A stretch of 64,000 bases of DNA from Candidatus Bathyarchaeia archaeon (GTDB taxonomy: Archaea > Thermoproteota > Bathyarchaeia > Bathyarchaeales > Bathycorpusculaceae), in NCBI GenBank assembly GCA_049512075.1, contig JBEKXL010000005.1, positions 1 to 64,000 on the forward strand. The letters are read 5' to 3'. Positions 1-10,057 of this stretch are shown here, in pieces. A program made the translations under genes and the position numbers. Position 1 is the first letter of the stretch. Each line of letters begins with the position of its first letter. The notes under the pieces are model-generated. The model did no database searches, was not told the origin of the DNA, and was given only the letters and a program-made list of their open reading frames with translations.

Positions 1-124
1 GACTCGCCCTTTTATTTGTAATGTCAGATGTAATTTTCATTGCAATAGTCAGGGACTAGGTAGTGTTGCCCGTGGTACAGAGCCAGAACGGTCAGGTCTG
101 GCAGGCTTGCTTCGCCGTTGCCGT

Positions 125-328
125 CTAGGTCGCGCGCGCAAAACCCCAAGCATCTTTCACAAGGACACGCAGTGCCGCCCCATTTTCAATCTCCTGCTTT
201 GCTGCTTCAACACGGGCTTCCCTAACAGTGATCTAAGTCTTTTAGAGTTTCTGGGTACGAACCTCAACGTATTCAGCCTTGAAACCTTGAACGGCAGTGT
301 TGATCACCTTGGCTAAAACATTTTTCAA
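125..328 (-). pseudogene. TldD/PmbA family N-terminal fragment with in-frame stops
   Basis: Manual translation from TTG at 328: MKNVLAKVINTAVQGFKAEYVEVRTQKL*KT*ITVREARVEAAKQEIENGAALRVLVKDAWGFARAT*. The 'EYxEVR...G.ALRVLV..AWGFA' pattern is typical of TldD N-termini; two internal stops; not in the ORF track. Confidence 0.7.
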
Positions 329-470
329 ATCTGCTCCGCTTCCAGTTCGAAACGTCTACTCTTGGAAGAATATTCATTAGGACTTATAAAAACTGTCAGC
401 GCCCGCACAGCTTACGAAAGGAAAAATAGTCATGTGCCCCGAGATGCGTGGCACATCAGATGGAACATGG

Positions 471-827
471 TTACGCTTTGTGCATAAACGTTTTCATTTG
501 AGCGACAAAACTAGCTTCGTCTTCAACCTTCTCAAGTTCCATTCTGCGGAGCAGGTTGCAGTCGGAATTTATGTCTTCGAGAATTTTTCTCTCAATGACG
601 TATGCGCCTGATCTTAGGAAGTCCTCAAGCCCCTGTGCGAACAGTTCAATCTTGTCGCTGATCTCACTGCGTTTCAAGGAATAGTTGTGTTCCATGTACC
701 TAAAGATCAGAATGGTCGCTTCTTTCCCGAAGACCTGGTTCAGGACCTTATCTATTATTGCTAGGACGGCATCATTATTGTTGGATGTTTGTTGTGTTAG
801 TATCTCCATCAGGTACCACAACATCAT
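471..827 (-). CDS. Small DUF3227/NitrOD-like helical signalling output domain protein
   Basis: IDKVLNQVFGKEATILIFRYMEHNYSLKRSEI...FAQGLEDFLRSGAYVIERKIL; visibly similar to the N-terminus of the histidine kinase at 30775-34629. Confidence 0.65.
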   Translation of the reverse strand: MMLWYLMEILTQQTSNNNDAVLAIIDKVLNQVFGKEATILIFRYMEHNYSLKRSEISDKIELFAQGLEDFLRSGAYVIERKILEDINSDCNLLRRMELEKVEDEASFVAQMKTFMHKA

Positions 828-901
828 CGTACATCGTGCGACTTAATAAGGCTTGTCGTAGACGCGTACATCACACATACAGATAAAGCACGGACCAAGG
901 C

Positions 902-2227
902 CTAAAAAGTGAAATCAGTAAGATTCAACTGTTGGACTCTTTTCGGCAAGGTTTTGTCATGCATCTGCTCATCAAGGACAAGTTGTCCATAAACGCCATC
1001 ATAGCCAGGCACGACCTTGGCCTTTCCATCTCGAACACGGACTATTGCCTCGGCCACCTGCTCCCCTGCAACCGAGCTCAGTTCGTCTCTCGAACGATCA
1101 ATCAGAACAGAGTACTCGTCCCCGAACTTTTCTATGAGCGGATTGTAAATGCCCCATACTTTCTCAGCGGATGGAGAATCAACACCTAATAGTGTGGCAA
1201 TGATTTCGGAGAGCGGAAGCAGACGCATGAACCCGGGGGTGCTTTCGGGCTTAAAATTCGCAGGGCGGTCAGCAAGCTCTTCAACGCGTTGCTCAACGCC
1301 TTTAGTGAGTTTTCTGCGGCAGACTGGGCAAATGTTCCCAAGCTTTGCTGCCTCCGGCGGAGAGAGCGACACATTGCAGTTCCTGTGGCCAGTCCAATGA
1401 TACTTGCCATAAGCCGGGTCTGTTTCTATCGTAAACTTGAAGCGTCCTGTGTCTTTTGATCGGATGGCACCCAGCACCTCGTCATAATCTGGCTTCTTTA
1501 GTTCGAAAACGTTTGCTTCTCTTCCGATGCGCCACGGCCAGAAACTGTGGCTGTCACTGTTTGAAACCAGCGTAAACTTGTCAAGGCTGCTCAGCCTCCA
1601 GTTCATAGGTGGATCTGATGAAAGACCGGTTTCCAAAGCGCAGATGTGCTTAGTCATGTCCTCGTAGCATTCTTCAACACTGTCGAAACCGCTGAAAGCA
1701 CCAAAGATGCTGAACCAGGGCGTCCATGCGTGAGCAGGGAAAACCATGTTTTCACCTGTAACTTCCATGACCTCCTCGACCAGATGTGCCGCGTTAACGT
1801 CCAAGGTTGGCCTTCCATCTGAAGCCAAATTTCCGTATTTTGCCAGCCTGTCATTAATTTGCGCTGCGGTTTCCAAGCTTGGCGTCAGAATAACATGATG
1901 AACTTTCTTAACCTCACTCTTGGCCGCAAAAACGGTGCTGACTTCGGTCGTAACCATGAACCGCACGGTCGAATTGTCACCTGAAACAGTTTTGTAGAGG
2001 TTCGTATCTGGTTCAGGAACCAACGTCTCACTCAGTTCTTCAAGCCACTTTGGATGTGTGAAATCCCCTGTGCCCACGATGTTTAAACCCTTAATCTTTG
2101 CAAAACGATTAATCTCCTTGACGCATATTCTTTCGCTCGTTGCCATGCTGTAACGGCTGTGCATGTGGAAGTCGGCTATTACCCTCAAGCGTCCCTTTGC
2201 CCCCGCATCTCTTGTCAGGTTCGACAT
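902..2227 (-). CDS. endoQ: Endonuclease Q family (PHP domain + Zn ribbon) DNA repair nuclease
   Basis: DFHMHSRYS, GTGDFTHP, PAHAWTPW, ETGLSSD, SNSDSHS, GKYHWTGHRNC...CPVC, PGYDGVYG motifs. Confidence 0.85.
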   Translation of the reverse strand: MSNLTRDAGAKGRLRVIADFHMHSRYSMATSERICVKEINRFAKIKGLNIVGTGDFTHPKWLEELSETLVPEPDTNLYKTVSGDNSTVRFMVTTEVSTVFAAKSEVKKVHHVILTPSLETAAQINDRLAKYGNLASDGRPTLDVNAAHLVEEVMEVTGENMVFPAHAWTPWFSIFGAFSGFDSVEECYEDMTKHICALETGLSSDPPMNWRLSSLDKFTLVSNSDSHSFWPWRIGREANVFELKKPDYDEVLGAIRSKDTGRFKFTIETDPAYGKYHWTGHRNCNVSLSPPEAAKLGNICPVCRRKLTKGVEQRVEELADRPANFKPESTPGFMRLLPLSEIIATLLGVDSPSAEKVWGIYNPLIEKFGDEYSVLIDRSRDELSSVAGEQVAEAIVRVRDGKAKVVPGYDGVYGQLVLDEQMHDKTLPKRVQQLNLTDFTF

Positions 2228-2360
2228 TATTAGGTTATCGCGAAATTTCTTGGTTGCGATTTGACTGCTTGAGGACTCTGCGCGAAGTGTAATAATGTTA
2301 CACCATCCTTAAATCAAAGCATTGACTAAGGGAAATCCACGAATTCTTAGAGGTGCAAAG

Positions 2361-2888
2361 TTGCCAACTAAGAAAGAACCCATCTGGATAGCCAGAGACC
2401 TGTCCAAGTGCAGCGGATGCAGAAAATGCGAAATAGCCTGCTCGCTTTCCCATGAGAATCGCATATGGCCCGATGCTTCCAGGGTGAGGGTCTTCATGCT
2501 CGTCCCAGGACTGGAATTTCCGCACCTGTGCGCTCAATGTGAAGACTATCCCTGCGTGAAATCATGTCCCGTGAAAGCCCTCTCAATAAGTGACAAGACA
2601 GGTGCGGTGCTGGTAGACAACAAGACTTGCATCGCCTGCGGACAGTGCATTGACGCCTGCCCAGGCAGGGTTCCTCACATGCACCCCAAAGAGAAGCACA
2701 TTGTAATCTGCGATTTATGCAACGGGAACCCTCAGTGTGTCAAGGTTTGTCAGGAAGGAAGTTGGAACGTTCTCAGAGTAGTTGAGAGAGGAGACGAGCC
2801 CTACAGGCTCTACGCGCGGAAACCGGACGAGATAACCAAGGATTTGGCTGCGAAAATTTATGGGGAAGCAGGAGGAGAATACCTGTGA
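2361..2888 (+). CDS. 4Fe-4S dicluster electron-transfer subunit (partner of the downstream AOR)
   Basis: Four Cys clusters (CSGCRKCEIAC, CAQCEDYPCVKSCP, CIACGQCIDACP, CDLC...CVKVC). GAGGTG precedes TTG at 2361; overlaps the AOR start (GTGA). Confidence 0.9.
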   Translation: MPTKKEPIWIARDLSKCSGCRKCEIACSLSHENRIWPDASRVRVFMLVPGLEFPHLCAQCEDYPCVKSCPVKALSISDKTGAVLVDNKTCIACGQCIDACPGRVPHMHPKEKHIVICDLCNGNPQCVKVCQEGSWNVLRVVERGDEPYRLYARKPDEITKDLAAKIYGEAGGEYL

Positions 2889-4756
2889 TACTTGGGTACG
2901 CAGGCAAGTTTCTCGACATTGATCTCTCGACCCAAGCTATCAAGGAAACAAAGTTCAGCGATGAAATCCTGAAGGATTATATGGGCGGCAGAGGACTGGC
3001 AACAAAGATTCTCTGGGACAGGTTGGGCGCCAAATGGGAAATTGTAGACCCGTTGGGACCTGAAAACCTGCTCCTCCTCCTGACAGGACCTCTCACAGGG
3101 TTCTATCCGGGAGGGAGAACGTGCGTGTCGGGCAAGTCTCCGCAGAGCAACGGTGTCGTAGGTTCCACCCTTTCCGGAGAATTCGGGGTTGAGTTAAGAT
3201 GCGCAGGGTATGACGGCATAATAGTATCAGGCGAATCGGAGAGACCAGTCTACCTGTTTCTCAAGGATTCCGATGTTGAATTGAGGAGCGCAAGCGATGT
3301 TTGGGGGAAGGATGGAAAGCAAACTGTTTCGGTGCTTACTAGGGAATGCAGAGGGCTTCTTGGGACGCGTTATCCAAAGTATGGCGAATGGAAGGAACCT
3401 GCAATGCTGTACGTAGGCCCGGCAGGAGAAAACAAGGTGCGGACAGCGGTTGTCTGTTCCAAATGGGCGCACGCTGCAGGGTATGGCGGCTACGGCGCGG
3501 TGATGGGTTCAAAAAAGCTTAAGGCGGTGGTTGCGAAGGGCACGGGGCCCTTGCCTGAAGTGGCGGACATCAAAAAGGTAAAAAGGCTCATAGACAAAGT
3601 GTGCAAAAACGTTTACGAAGGAGAATTGTGGAGACGCTGGGGAACCGGAGGCGGAGGGTACGAGTTTGGACACAAAACTAGCTCGGAACCAATACGCAAC
3701 TGGCAGGAAGAATGGCACGACGAGAAAGGGTATGGGGTTGACAAGTTTGAGAACAGGCTCTGGATGAAACCGTATTGGGGTGATTTCGGGTGTCCAACCA
3801 CCTGTCTGAAACTTGCAGTCGTGAAGACTGGAAAATTCAAGGGAGCAATAACCGACAATCCTGATTATGAAATGCAAGCGTATTTGGGTCCGAACCTGGG
3901 AATATTCGTACCCGAAGAAAACGTGTTTCTCGCTTCTCTGCTTGACGACCTGGGCTTGTGCGGCATACAGACGGGCAACGTCATGGGCTTTGCGGCTGAA
4001 CTCTTTCAAGAGAAAATATTGACCAAGAAAGACTTGGACGGCTTGGAACTCAAATGGGGGGACACTGAAGCTTTTGCAACCTTGGCTGAGAAAATTGCCT
4101 ACAAGGAAAACATTGGGGAAACGTTAGCTGAAGGAACGTACCGTGCGGCATTGAAGCTTGGAAAGCTAAAGAAAATGGATCTGCTGCCCTATGCAGTGCA
4201 ATCCAAGGGCATAAGCATCGGCGCCCATGGAATCCGTAGTGGGCAAGATTTCCCTGATATCATTTCCTACGCTTGCTCAGTACAATGCGGAGACCACACG
4301 TCCCTAGCGAGCCTCCCACTCGACGGAGGCGGAGAAACAATGCAAATATTTAACGATTCAGGAGTCTATTGCAACTTCAACAGTTTCGGCGTACCACGAA
4401 AAATCAGGTTCGACTTCTACAGAGCGGTCACGGGTCTGAGCCTCACGCGGGAAGAATGGTGTTTCACCAACGCCCTGAGAATATTGCAACTGCAAAGGAT
4501 AATGCTGCTCCTAGGCGGCCCAGACTTAACTTGGAACCCGAAAATCCACGATGACAATCCTCCAAAATTCTACAAACCCCTACCCACCGGACCTTACAAA
4601 GGAAAGGCTGCCGACAAAGCCGAGGTTGAAGAGTACAAACACAGGTATTACAAAGCGGTTGGCTGGGACAAGAACGGCATACCAACAGCGAAAATTCTAA
4701 GAAAACTCGGGCTCAAAGACGTTGAAAAAGCTTTGGAAAGAATAAGCTACGACTAG
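2885..4756 (+). CDS. Tungsten-containing aldehyde:ferredoxin oxidoreductase family
   Basis: GYAGKFLDIDLS, GGRGLA, KSPQS, GAVMGSKKLKAVV, PDYE, YYKAVGWDKNGIP. Confidence 0.92.
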   Translation: MILGYAGKFLDIDLSTQAIKETKFSDEILKDYMGGRGLATKILWDRLGAKWEIVDPLGPENLLLLLTGPLTGFYPGGRTCVSGKSPQSNGVVGSTLSGEFGVELRCAGYDGIIVSGESERPVYLFLKDSDVELRSASDVWGKDGKQTVSVLTRECRGLLGTRYPKYGEWKEPAMLYVGPAGENKVRTAVVCSKWAHAAGYGGYGAVMGSKKLKAVVAKGTGPLPEVADIKKVKRLIDKVCKNVYEGELWRRWGTGGGGYEFGHKTSSEPIRNWQEEWHDEKGYGVDKFENRLWMKPYWGDFGCPTTCLKLAVVKTGKFKGAITDNPDYEMQAYLGPNLGIFVPEENVFLASLLDDLGLCGIQTGNVMGFAAELFQEKILTKKDLDGLELKWGDTEAFATLAEKIAYKENIGETLAEGTYRAALKLGKLKKMDLLPYAVQSKGISIGAHGIRSGQDFPDIISYACSVQCGDHTSLASLPLDGGGETMQIFNDSGVYCNFNSFGVPRKIRFDFYRAVTGLSLTREEWCFTNALRILQLQRIMLLLGGPDLTWNPKIHDDNPPKFYKPLPTGPYKGKAADKAEVEEYKHRYYKAVGWDKNGIPTAKILRKLGLKDVEKALERISYD

Positions 4757-5955
4757 ACTATGTGAAGTTCTTTCCCGATTTTTTCGAAGGCGCCAATAGC
4801 GAAATCCACGTCTTTCCGCGTCAAAGCAGCGTTCATTATGGTCCGTATCCTTGCCTTGTCCCTAGAAACCATTGGAAACACGATAGGCAAAGCAAACACG
4901 CCCTCCTCGAATAGCCGTGCACTAAGCTTCTTAGCAACGCCACTCTCGCCCACTATTATGGGCGTAATAGGTGTTTGACTGTTTCCGGTGTCAAACCCTA
5001 GGCCCTTCATTGCCTTCTTGAAATACTTGGTGTGATCCCATAATGTCTTGACGTGTTGCGGTTCGCTCTCTAGAACGTCGATTGCTGCTATGCACGCGGC
5101 GGCAACTGCTGGCGGGTGTGATCCGCTGAGGAGCCAGGTTCGGGACTTGTTATAGGCAAAGTCGACTAGATCTTTGGAACCTGAAACGTGTCCGCCGACG
5201 ACACCGAAAGCCTTTGAGAAAGTGCCCATCTCCACGTGAACCTTATCTCGGCCGAGCTTGAAATGTGAAACGATGCCCCTGCCTCCTTCGCCGAGGACGC
5301 CTTCACCGTGGGCGTCATCAACGTAAACCATTGCACCGTGTTCCGCGCCAAGCTTGGCTATTTCGTCTAGAGATGCAATGTCACCATCCATAGAGAAGAC
5401 ACCGTCTGTGATTATCAAGATTCGCCTGTACGGCGGTGAATGCTTTTCTGCTTCTTCCAAGACGCGTTGCAGATCCTGCATGTCCGAATGCCTGTAAACT
5501 GCTCTTTCACCGTGGGCCAGTCGGACCCCATCGATTATGCTGCCGTGGTTAAGCTCGTCGCTTATTATCAAATCCTCTTTGCCAACCAACTGGGGAATCA
5601 AGCCTGCGTTTGCGGCAAAACCCGTCTGGTAGACCAGCGAAGCTTCTGCGTGCTTAAATTTCGCAAGCCGCTTCTCAAGCTCAATGTGAATATCCATCGT
5701 CCCGGCTATGGGACGAACAGAACCTGAACCAGCACCGTGAGTTTGAACTGCTTTTGTCGCAGCTTCTTTCAGTCGTGGGTGGTTGCTCAGGCCAAGGTAA
5801 TTGTTGGAGCAAAACATCAGAACCTTTTTTCCATCAACGTTGCACCATGGTGAACTTGGACCCTCAAGAACCCTTATTTTCCAGTCAAGCGCGTTCTTCA
5901 CCAGATCCTGATACTCTTCTCGCAAAAACGTCGTGGGGTCACGCATTTCCATCAT
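4753..5955 (-). CDS. kbl: Glycine C-acetyltransferase (2-amino-3-ketobutyrate CoA ligase)
   Basis: CSNNYLGL, SDELNHGSIIDG, DGVFSMDGD, DDAHG, GTFSKAFG (PLP Lys); adjacent to a threonine dehydrogenase. Confidence 0.85.
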   Translation of the reverse strand: MMEMRDPTTFLREEYQDLVKNALDWKIRVLEGPSSPWCNVDGKKVLMFCSNNYLGLSNHPRLKEAATKAVQTHGAGSGSVRPIAGTMDIHIELEKRLAKFKHAEASLVYQTGFAANAGLIPQLVGKEDLIISDELNHGSIIDGVRLAHGERAVYRHSDMQDLQRVLEEAEKHSPPYRRILIITDGVFSMDGDIASLDEIAKLGAEHGAMVYVDDAHGEGVLGEGGRGIVSHFKLGRDKVHVEMGTFSKAFGVVGGHVSGSKDLVDFAYNKSRTWLLSGSHPPAVAAACIAAIDVLESEPQHVKTLWDHTKYFKKAMKGLGFDTGNSQTPITPIIVGESGVAKKLSARLFEEGVFALPIVFPMVSRDKARIRTIMNAALTRKDVDFAIGAFEKIGKELHIV

Positions 5956-6016
5956 GCCTCTTTTTCCTAGTCTGGCACTCGTTCTCTTAACTCTTTCTGG
6001 CTAGACCAAGCGTTTC

Positions 6017-6994
6017 TCACAGTTTTCCTTCGGAGAAGCGTTTCGACAGTTTCTCTATCATGTCCTTCGTGATTGCGGCCAAATCGTACGTTGGTTTCCA
6101 GCCCCACTCTTTGCGAGCCACATTGTCGTCAATTGACATGGGCCAGGAATCCGCGATTTTCTGCCTGAAGTCAGGCTTGTATTCGCACCTGAACTCTGGA
6201 ATATGCTTCTTGATTTCGGCAGCAAGCTCGCCTGCTGAAAAACTGACTCCGGCCACGTTATAGCCATCGTGACGTTTAATCCGAGACGGGTCAGCTTCCA
6301 TCAAGCCTACGGTGGCCTTGATACAGTCTGGCATGTACATCATCGGCAGAGTCGTGTCCTCTCTCACAAAGCACGTGTAGTGCCTGTTCTTTATTGCCTC
6401 GTAGAAAATCGCCACAGCATAATCCGTCGTTCCGCCGCCCGGAAGGACCTCACTGCTTATGATGCCTGGGTATCTGATGCTTCGAACATCCACGCCGAAG
6501 CGGTGGAAATAGTAATTGCACAGAAGCTCACCGGCAACCTTAGTGACCCCGTACATTGTTCCGGGCATCAAGATGGTTTCCTGGGGAGTGTTAACCCGAG
6601 GGGCCGGCGGACTGAAAACCGCGATGGAACTCGGCCAAAACATCCTGGCCAACTGTTGCTCACTGGCAATTTCAAGCACATTAGAGAGACTTCCCATGTT
6701 CACGTTCCAGGCAAGCTGCGGGTTCTGCTCGCCAGTAGCTGAAAGGATTGCCGCTAGATGGTAGATCGTGTCGATATCATGCTTCTTCACAGCCTTTTCA
6801 ATGTCAGCCTTTTCATTCAAGTCCACGATTTCAAACGGGCCCGACTTGAGCAGATTGTCGCTGGGTTTCTTAGTGTGTCCTACCGCAACAACGTTGTCAC
6901 CGCCGTATCTTTTCCGCAACTCCAATGTTAACTCTGAACCAATCTGGCCAGTAGCGCCCGTAACCAGAATCTTCTGCATCCTTTTCGTCGGCAT
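6017..6994 (-). CDS. L-threonine 3-dehydrogenase (extended SDR type)
   Basis: TGATGQIGSEL, HLAAILSATGE, PSSIAVF, YGVTK, PGGGTTDYAV, RQKIADSWP. Start trimmed to MPTKRMQK. Confidence 0.85.
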   Translation of the reverse strand: MPTKRMQKILVTGATGQIGSELTLELRKRYGGDNVVAVGHTKKPSDNLLKSGPFEIVDLNEKADIEKAVKKHDIDTIYHLAAILSATGEQNPQLAWNVNMGSLSNVLEIASEQQLARMFWPSSIAVFSPPAPRVNTPQETILMPGTMYGVTKVAGELLCNYYFHRFGVDVRSIRYPGIISSEVLPGGGTTDYAVAIFYEAIKNRHYTCFVREDTTLPMMYMPDCIKATVGLMEADPSRIKRHDGYNVAGVSFSAGELAAEIKKHIPEFRCEYKPDFRQKIADSWPMSIDDNVARKEWGWKPTYDLAAITKDMIEKLSKRFSEGKL

Positions 6995-7191
6995 CTCACA
7001 ACCTCTTCTCTCTTCAGCAAGCGTTTGGAATTTTGGCATATAAGAATTTTCGAACGAAGACGCTGTTTTCACGTCACTCCCCATGCGTGGTCGTGCCCTT
7101 ATTCCGAATCTTGCACACATTTCCTCCGATCGTTTCAAAGTTTGTGAAAATGGTTTATACCCCGCGCAGCAAATTTTATCATCGATTAACG

Positions 7192-8310
7192 ATGAGGCTG
7201 GGTTTGATCGTAAACCCCATAGCAGGGATGGGTGGGAAAGTTGGTCTTAAAGGAACAGACAACGTTTTGCACGAAGCTCTGAATAGAGGTGCACGGCAGG
7301 TGGCGCCAACAAGAGCGAAAGAATTTCTTAAGAAGCTGAAGGAGAACTTGGCAGAAGCCAAGATTGAGCTTCTCACTTGTCCCGGAATCATGGGGGAAAA
7401 AGAAGCGGAAGCGGCAGATTTTCCAGTTAAGACTTTGACCATGAAGATTGGCAGGAGCACGTCTGCTGAGGATACGAAGTTGGCAGTGCAGCTTTTGATA
7501 GGTGCAAGCGTGGATTTGATAGTTTTTGTCGGAGGGGACGGTACAGCCAAGGATATTTTCGATGCACAGCGGGGCTGCGGAGAGCCGCCAGTTTTGGGTG
7601 TTCCCTCGGGGGTGAAGATGTACAGCGGCATTTTCGCGGTGAGCCCTGCAGACGCTGTGGACGTGGTCTTGGCTTTCGCGCAAAAGGAAGCGGAAATAGC
7701 CGAGTTTGAAATTGTGGACGCTGATGAAAAGGTTATCCGAAATGATTCCTTCGCCATGAAGCTTCATGGTTACATGAAGGGACCTTTTCTTCCTGCTCAC
7801 ATGCAGGGCAGTAAGCAGGCAAGCCCAGAAACAACGGACGAAAAGGACAATCAAACAGCAATTGCAATGTTCATAATTGAGGAAAAGCAGCCAGGAGCAA
7901 CTTGGATTTTTGGTCCAGGAACGACCGTCAAACGTGTTGCTGAACTGCTCGGCGTTGAAAAAACACTTCTTGGTGTGGACATCTACAGGGATGGCAGGGT
8001 GATTCTTGACGTAGATGAAGAACGAATCCTGAAAGATGTGAACAGCTGGCAGAGCACATGGATAGTTGTTTCGCCTATTGGGCACCAGGGAATAATCTTG
8101 GGAAGGGGAAACCAGCAGATAAGCCCAGAAATCATAAAGCGCGTCGGAAAGCAACGGATAGTAGTGTTAGCAACCAAGAGCAAGCTTCAAAATATCGAAG
8201 GAAAAGTCTTGAGGGTCGACACTGGCGATACGGATGCGGATAACATGTTGAGGGGATACATCAGAGTTGTAACTGATTATAGGGAATGGCGGCTCATGTC
8301 CGTCCAGTAA
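7192..8310 (+). CDS. ATP-NAD/AcoX kinase family protein
   Basis: NPIAGMGGKVGLKGTD, GGDGTA, GVKMYSG, GRGNQQIS, VDTGD. Confidence 0.85.
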   Translation: MRLGLIVNPIAGMGGKVGLKGTDNVLHEALNRGARQVAPTRAKEFLKKLKENLAEAKIELLTCPGIMGEKEAEAADFPVKTLTMKIGRSTSAEDTKLAVQLLIGASVDLIVFVGGDGTAKDIFDAQRGCGEPPVLGVPSGVKMYSGIFAVSPADAVDVVLAFAQKEAEIAEFEIVDADEKVIRNDSFAMKLHGYMKGPFLPAHMQGSKQASPETTDEKDNQTAIAMFIIEEKQPGATWIFGPGTTVKRVAELLGVEKTLLGVDIYRDGRVILDVDEERILKDVNSWQSTWIVVSPIGHQGIILGRGNQQISPEIIKRVGKQRIVVLATKSKLQNIEGKVLRVDTGDTDADNMLRGYIRVVTDYREWRLMSVQ

Positions 8311-8312
8311 CG

Positions 8313-9554
8313 TCATGCTCCAAATTTCTTTGTTTTCTCGAGCAAATCCATTAGAGTGTGCATTAAATCCGCGCCTTTTATTCTGTTTAAGTCTCCTCTG
8401 GCGCATGATCTTTCTCCAAACTCGGCGACTCCGTCCCTTCGAACGTACGGTCCGCTAATCACGACGGGAACAGGGTCTCCAACATGGTTCCCTGTCATGC
8501 ACGAAGTCGTGTGATCGGCAGTCACGGCCAAATAAGTTGAGTCTGAACTCACATGTTCAAGCATGAAGCGAAGCATCTCATCAATCTTTTGCACGACTTC
8601 AATCTTCAACTTGAAATTTCTATCATGGCTAGCAACATCAGTAGCTTTCACGTGTAGCAGCACAAAATCGTTGGTCTTTAGCGCTTCGACCGCCGCCTTT
8701 GCTTTGGCCATATAATCGGTTTGAACCGTGCCCGTGGCGCCTTTGACGTTAATCAACTTCATCCCAGCAATCTTGCAGACCCCGCGGATTAGGGGGACGG
8801 CGGCGATGCATGCGGCTTTGATTCCGTAGACTTCGGAAAGAGGAGCTATCTTCGGAATGGTGCCTGGGCCTCTGCACAGAATCATGTTTGCGACAGGCAG
8901 CTTGTGCTCAGCACGTTTCTTGTTGACTGGATGTTTCTTCAAAACCTTGTGAAACTCTCGCGTCAGCTCGTTGACAATCCTTGCCGTGCGCTTAGCTTCT
9001 GGAAGGTCGCTCAGAGACTTTGTTTCCAAAACAGGCTTCCCAGTTGTCTCTGGGTCCGAGTCACTGATGGCCGTTGAAAGACTGTGTCCGCGAATGACCA
9101 AGGCTGCACGATGCTGGACAGTGTTTTTGAAAAAGAACTCAACATTAAGAGACTTCTTGAGCTTGACCTTCTGCAGACTCTCAGCCAATTTGGCTGCATC
9201 CTCATTCGCTATTCTACCCGCCCTCCTGTCCAGAACCACAAAGTTCTGGTCTACCGTTGCAAAATTGCACCTGAACGCAACGTCCCCAGGCAGAACTTCC
9301 ACACCAGAACCTACAGCTTCTAGGGCACCTCTGCCAGAGTAGACTTTCAACGAGTCATATCCGAGCAAGGCTAGAGTGGCGGTGTCCGTTCCAGGAGGTA
9401 TCCCAGGGGCTATGGGATCCAGTATTCCACTGACCCCATTAGCGGCCAGCTGATTCAACGCTGGCCTACGGGCCGCTTCCAGAGGAGTTCTCCACTGCAA
9501 TTCCTTAATCGGCCTATCGGCCATTCCGTCTGCGATAACCAGAACTGCTCTCAA
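8313..9554 (-). CDS. apgM: 2,3-bisphosphoglycerate-independent phosphoglycerate mutase (archaeal type)
   Basis: IADGMADRP, TPLEAA, GRGALEA, DRRAGRI, HVKATDVASH, TADHTT, HVGDPVP. Confidence 0.88.
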   Translation of the reverse strand: MRAVLVIADGMADRPIKELQWRTPLEAARRPALNQLAANGVSGILDPIAPGIPPGTDTATLALLGYDSLKVYSGRGALEAVGSGVEVLPGDVAFRCNFATVDQNFVVLDRRAGRIANEDAAKLAESLQKVKLKKSLNVEFFFKNTVQHRAALVIRGHSLSTAISDSDPETTGKPVLETKSLSDLPEAKRTARIVNELTREFHKVLKKHPVNKKRAEHKLPVANMILCRGPGTIPKIAPLSEVYGIKAACIAAVPLIRGVCKIAGMKLINVKGATGTVQTDYMAKAKAAVEALKTNDFVLLHVKATDVASHDRNFKLKIEVVQKIDEMLRFMLEHVSSDSTYLAVTADHTTSCMTGNHVGDPVPVVISGPYVRRDGVAEFGERSCARGDLNRIKGADLMHTLMDLLEKTKKFGA

Positions 9555-9663
9555 ACTTGATCCACAGCTTGTCTCACGTCAGAACGCACTAAATCTTGGA
9601 TTGTTGCGGTTAAAACATTTGCGCATCCTATAGGTTGAAAAGTGAAGAAGAGATAGGCAAAGA

Positions 9664-9687
9664 GGTTCTGTCAATTCTTCGGGTCTT
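9664..9687 (+). repeat. Left terminal inverted repeat GGTTCTGTCAATTCTTCGGGTCTT
   Basis: Reverse complement of 10689-10712 is GGTTCTGTTAACTCTTCGGGTCTT (2 mismatches). Confidence 0.85.
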
Positions 9688-9727
9688 GCACGCATAAATG
9701 TTTGTCCATGTTGACCAAAGCGCGCGC

Positions 9728-10043
9728 GAATTTTTCGCTGTAAAGGAACCGAGAACACAGTACGTGAGAATACTAAACATCGGAGACCGCTCAAAACAAC
9801 ATGGTCGAAAGGCTTCATGGCACTATTAGACAGAGAAACAAGGTCATGAGAGGGCTCGATGATGTTGAAACAGCACAGACAATGATGGACGGCCTAAGAA
9901 TATACTACAATTTCCTGAGGCCCCATAGTGCTTTGAACGGAAAAACGCCAGCACAGAAGGCGAACATCGAGTCTGATGAAGCAAAATGGATGTCCCTGAT
10001 CAAGAAGGCAAGTCAACATCAGAGGTTTGAGACAAGGTCTTAA
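9728..10043 (+). pseudogene. DDE (IS6-like/rve) transposase C-terminal remnant, frameshifted
   Basis: EFFAVKEPRTQYVRILNIGDRS, then a frameshift near 9795, then NNMVERLHGTIRQRNKVMRGL...YYNFLRPHSALNGKTPAQ. N-terminal and most catalytic regions missing. Confidence 0.8.
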
Positions 10044-10057
10044 ACGGTACAGTTAGG

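Noticed and set aside
1-40. Possible minus-strand gene start MKITSDITNKRAS running off the window
   Set aside because: Too short to support; no recognisable motif or SD.
107-316. 69-aa + strand ORF
   Set aside because: Antisense shadow of the TldD pseudogene fragment.
7186-8154. 322-aa antisense ORF
   Set aside because: Fully overlaps the ATP-NAD kinase gene; no protein-like motifs.
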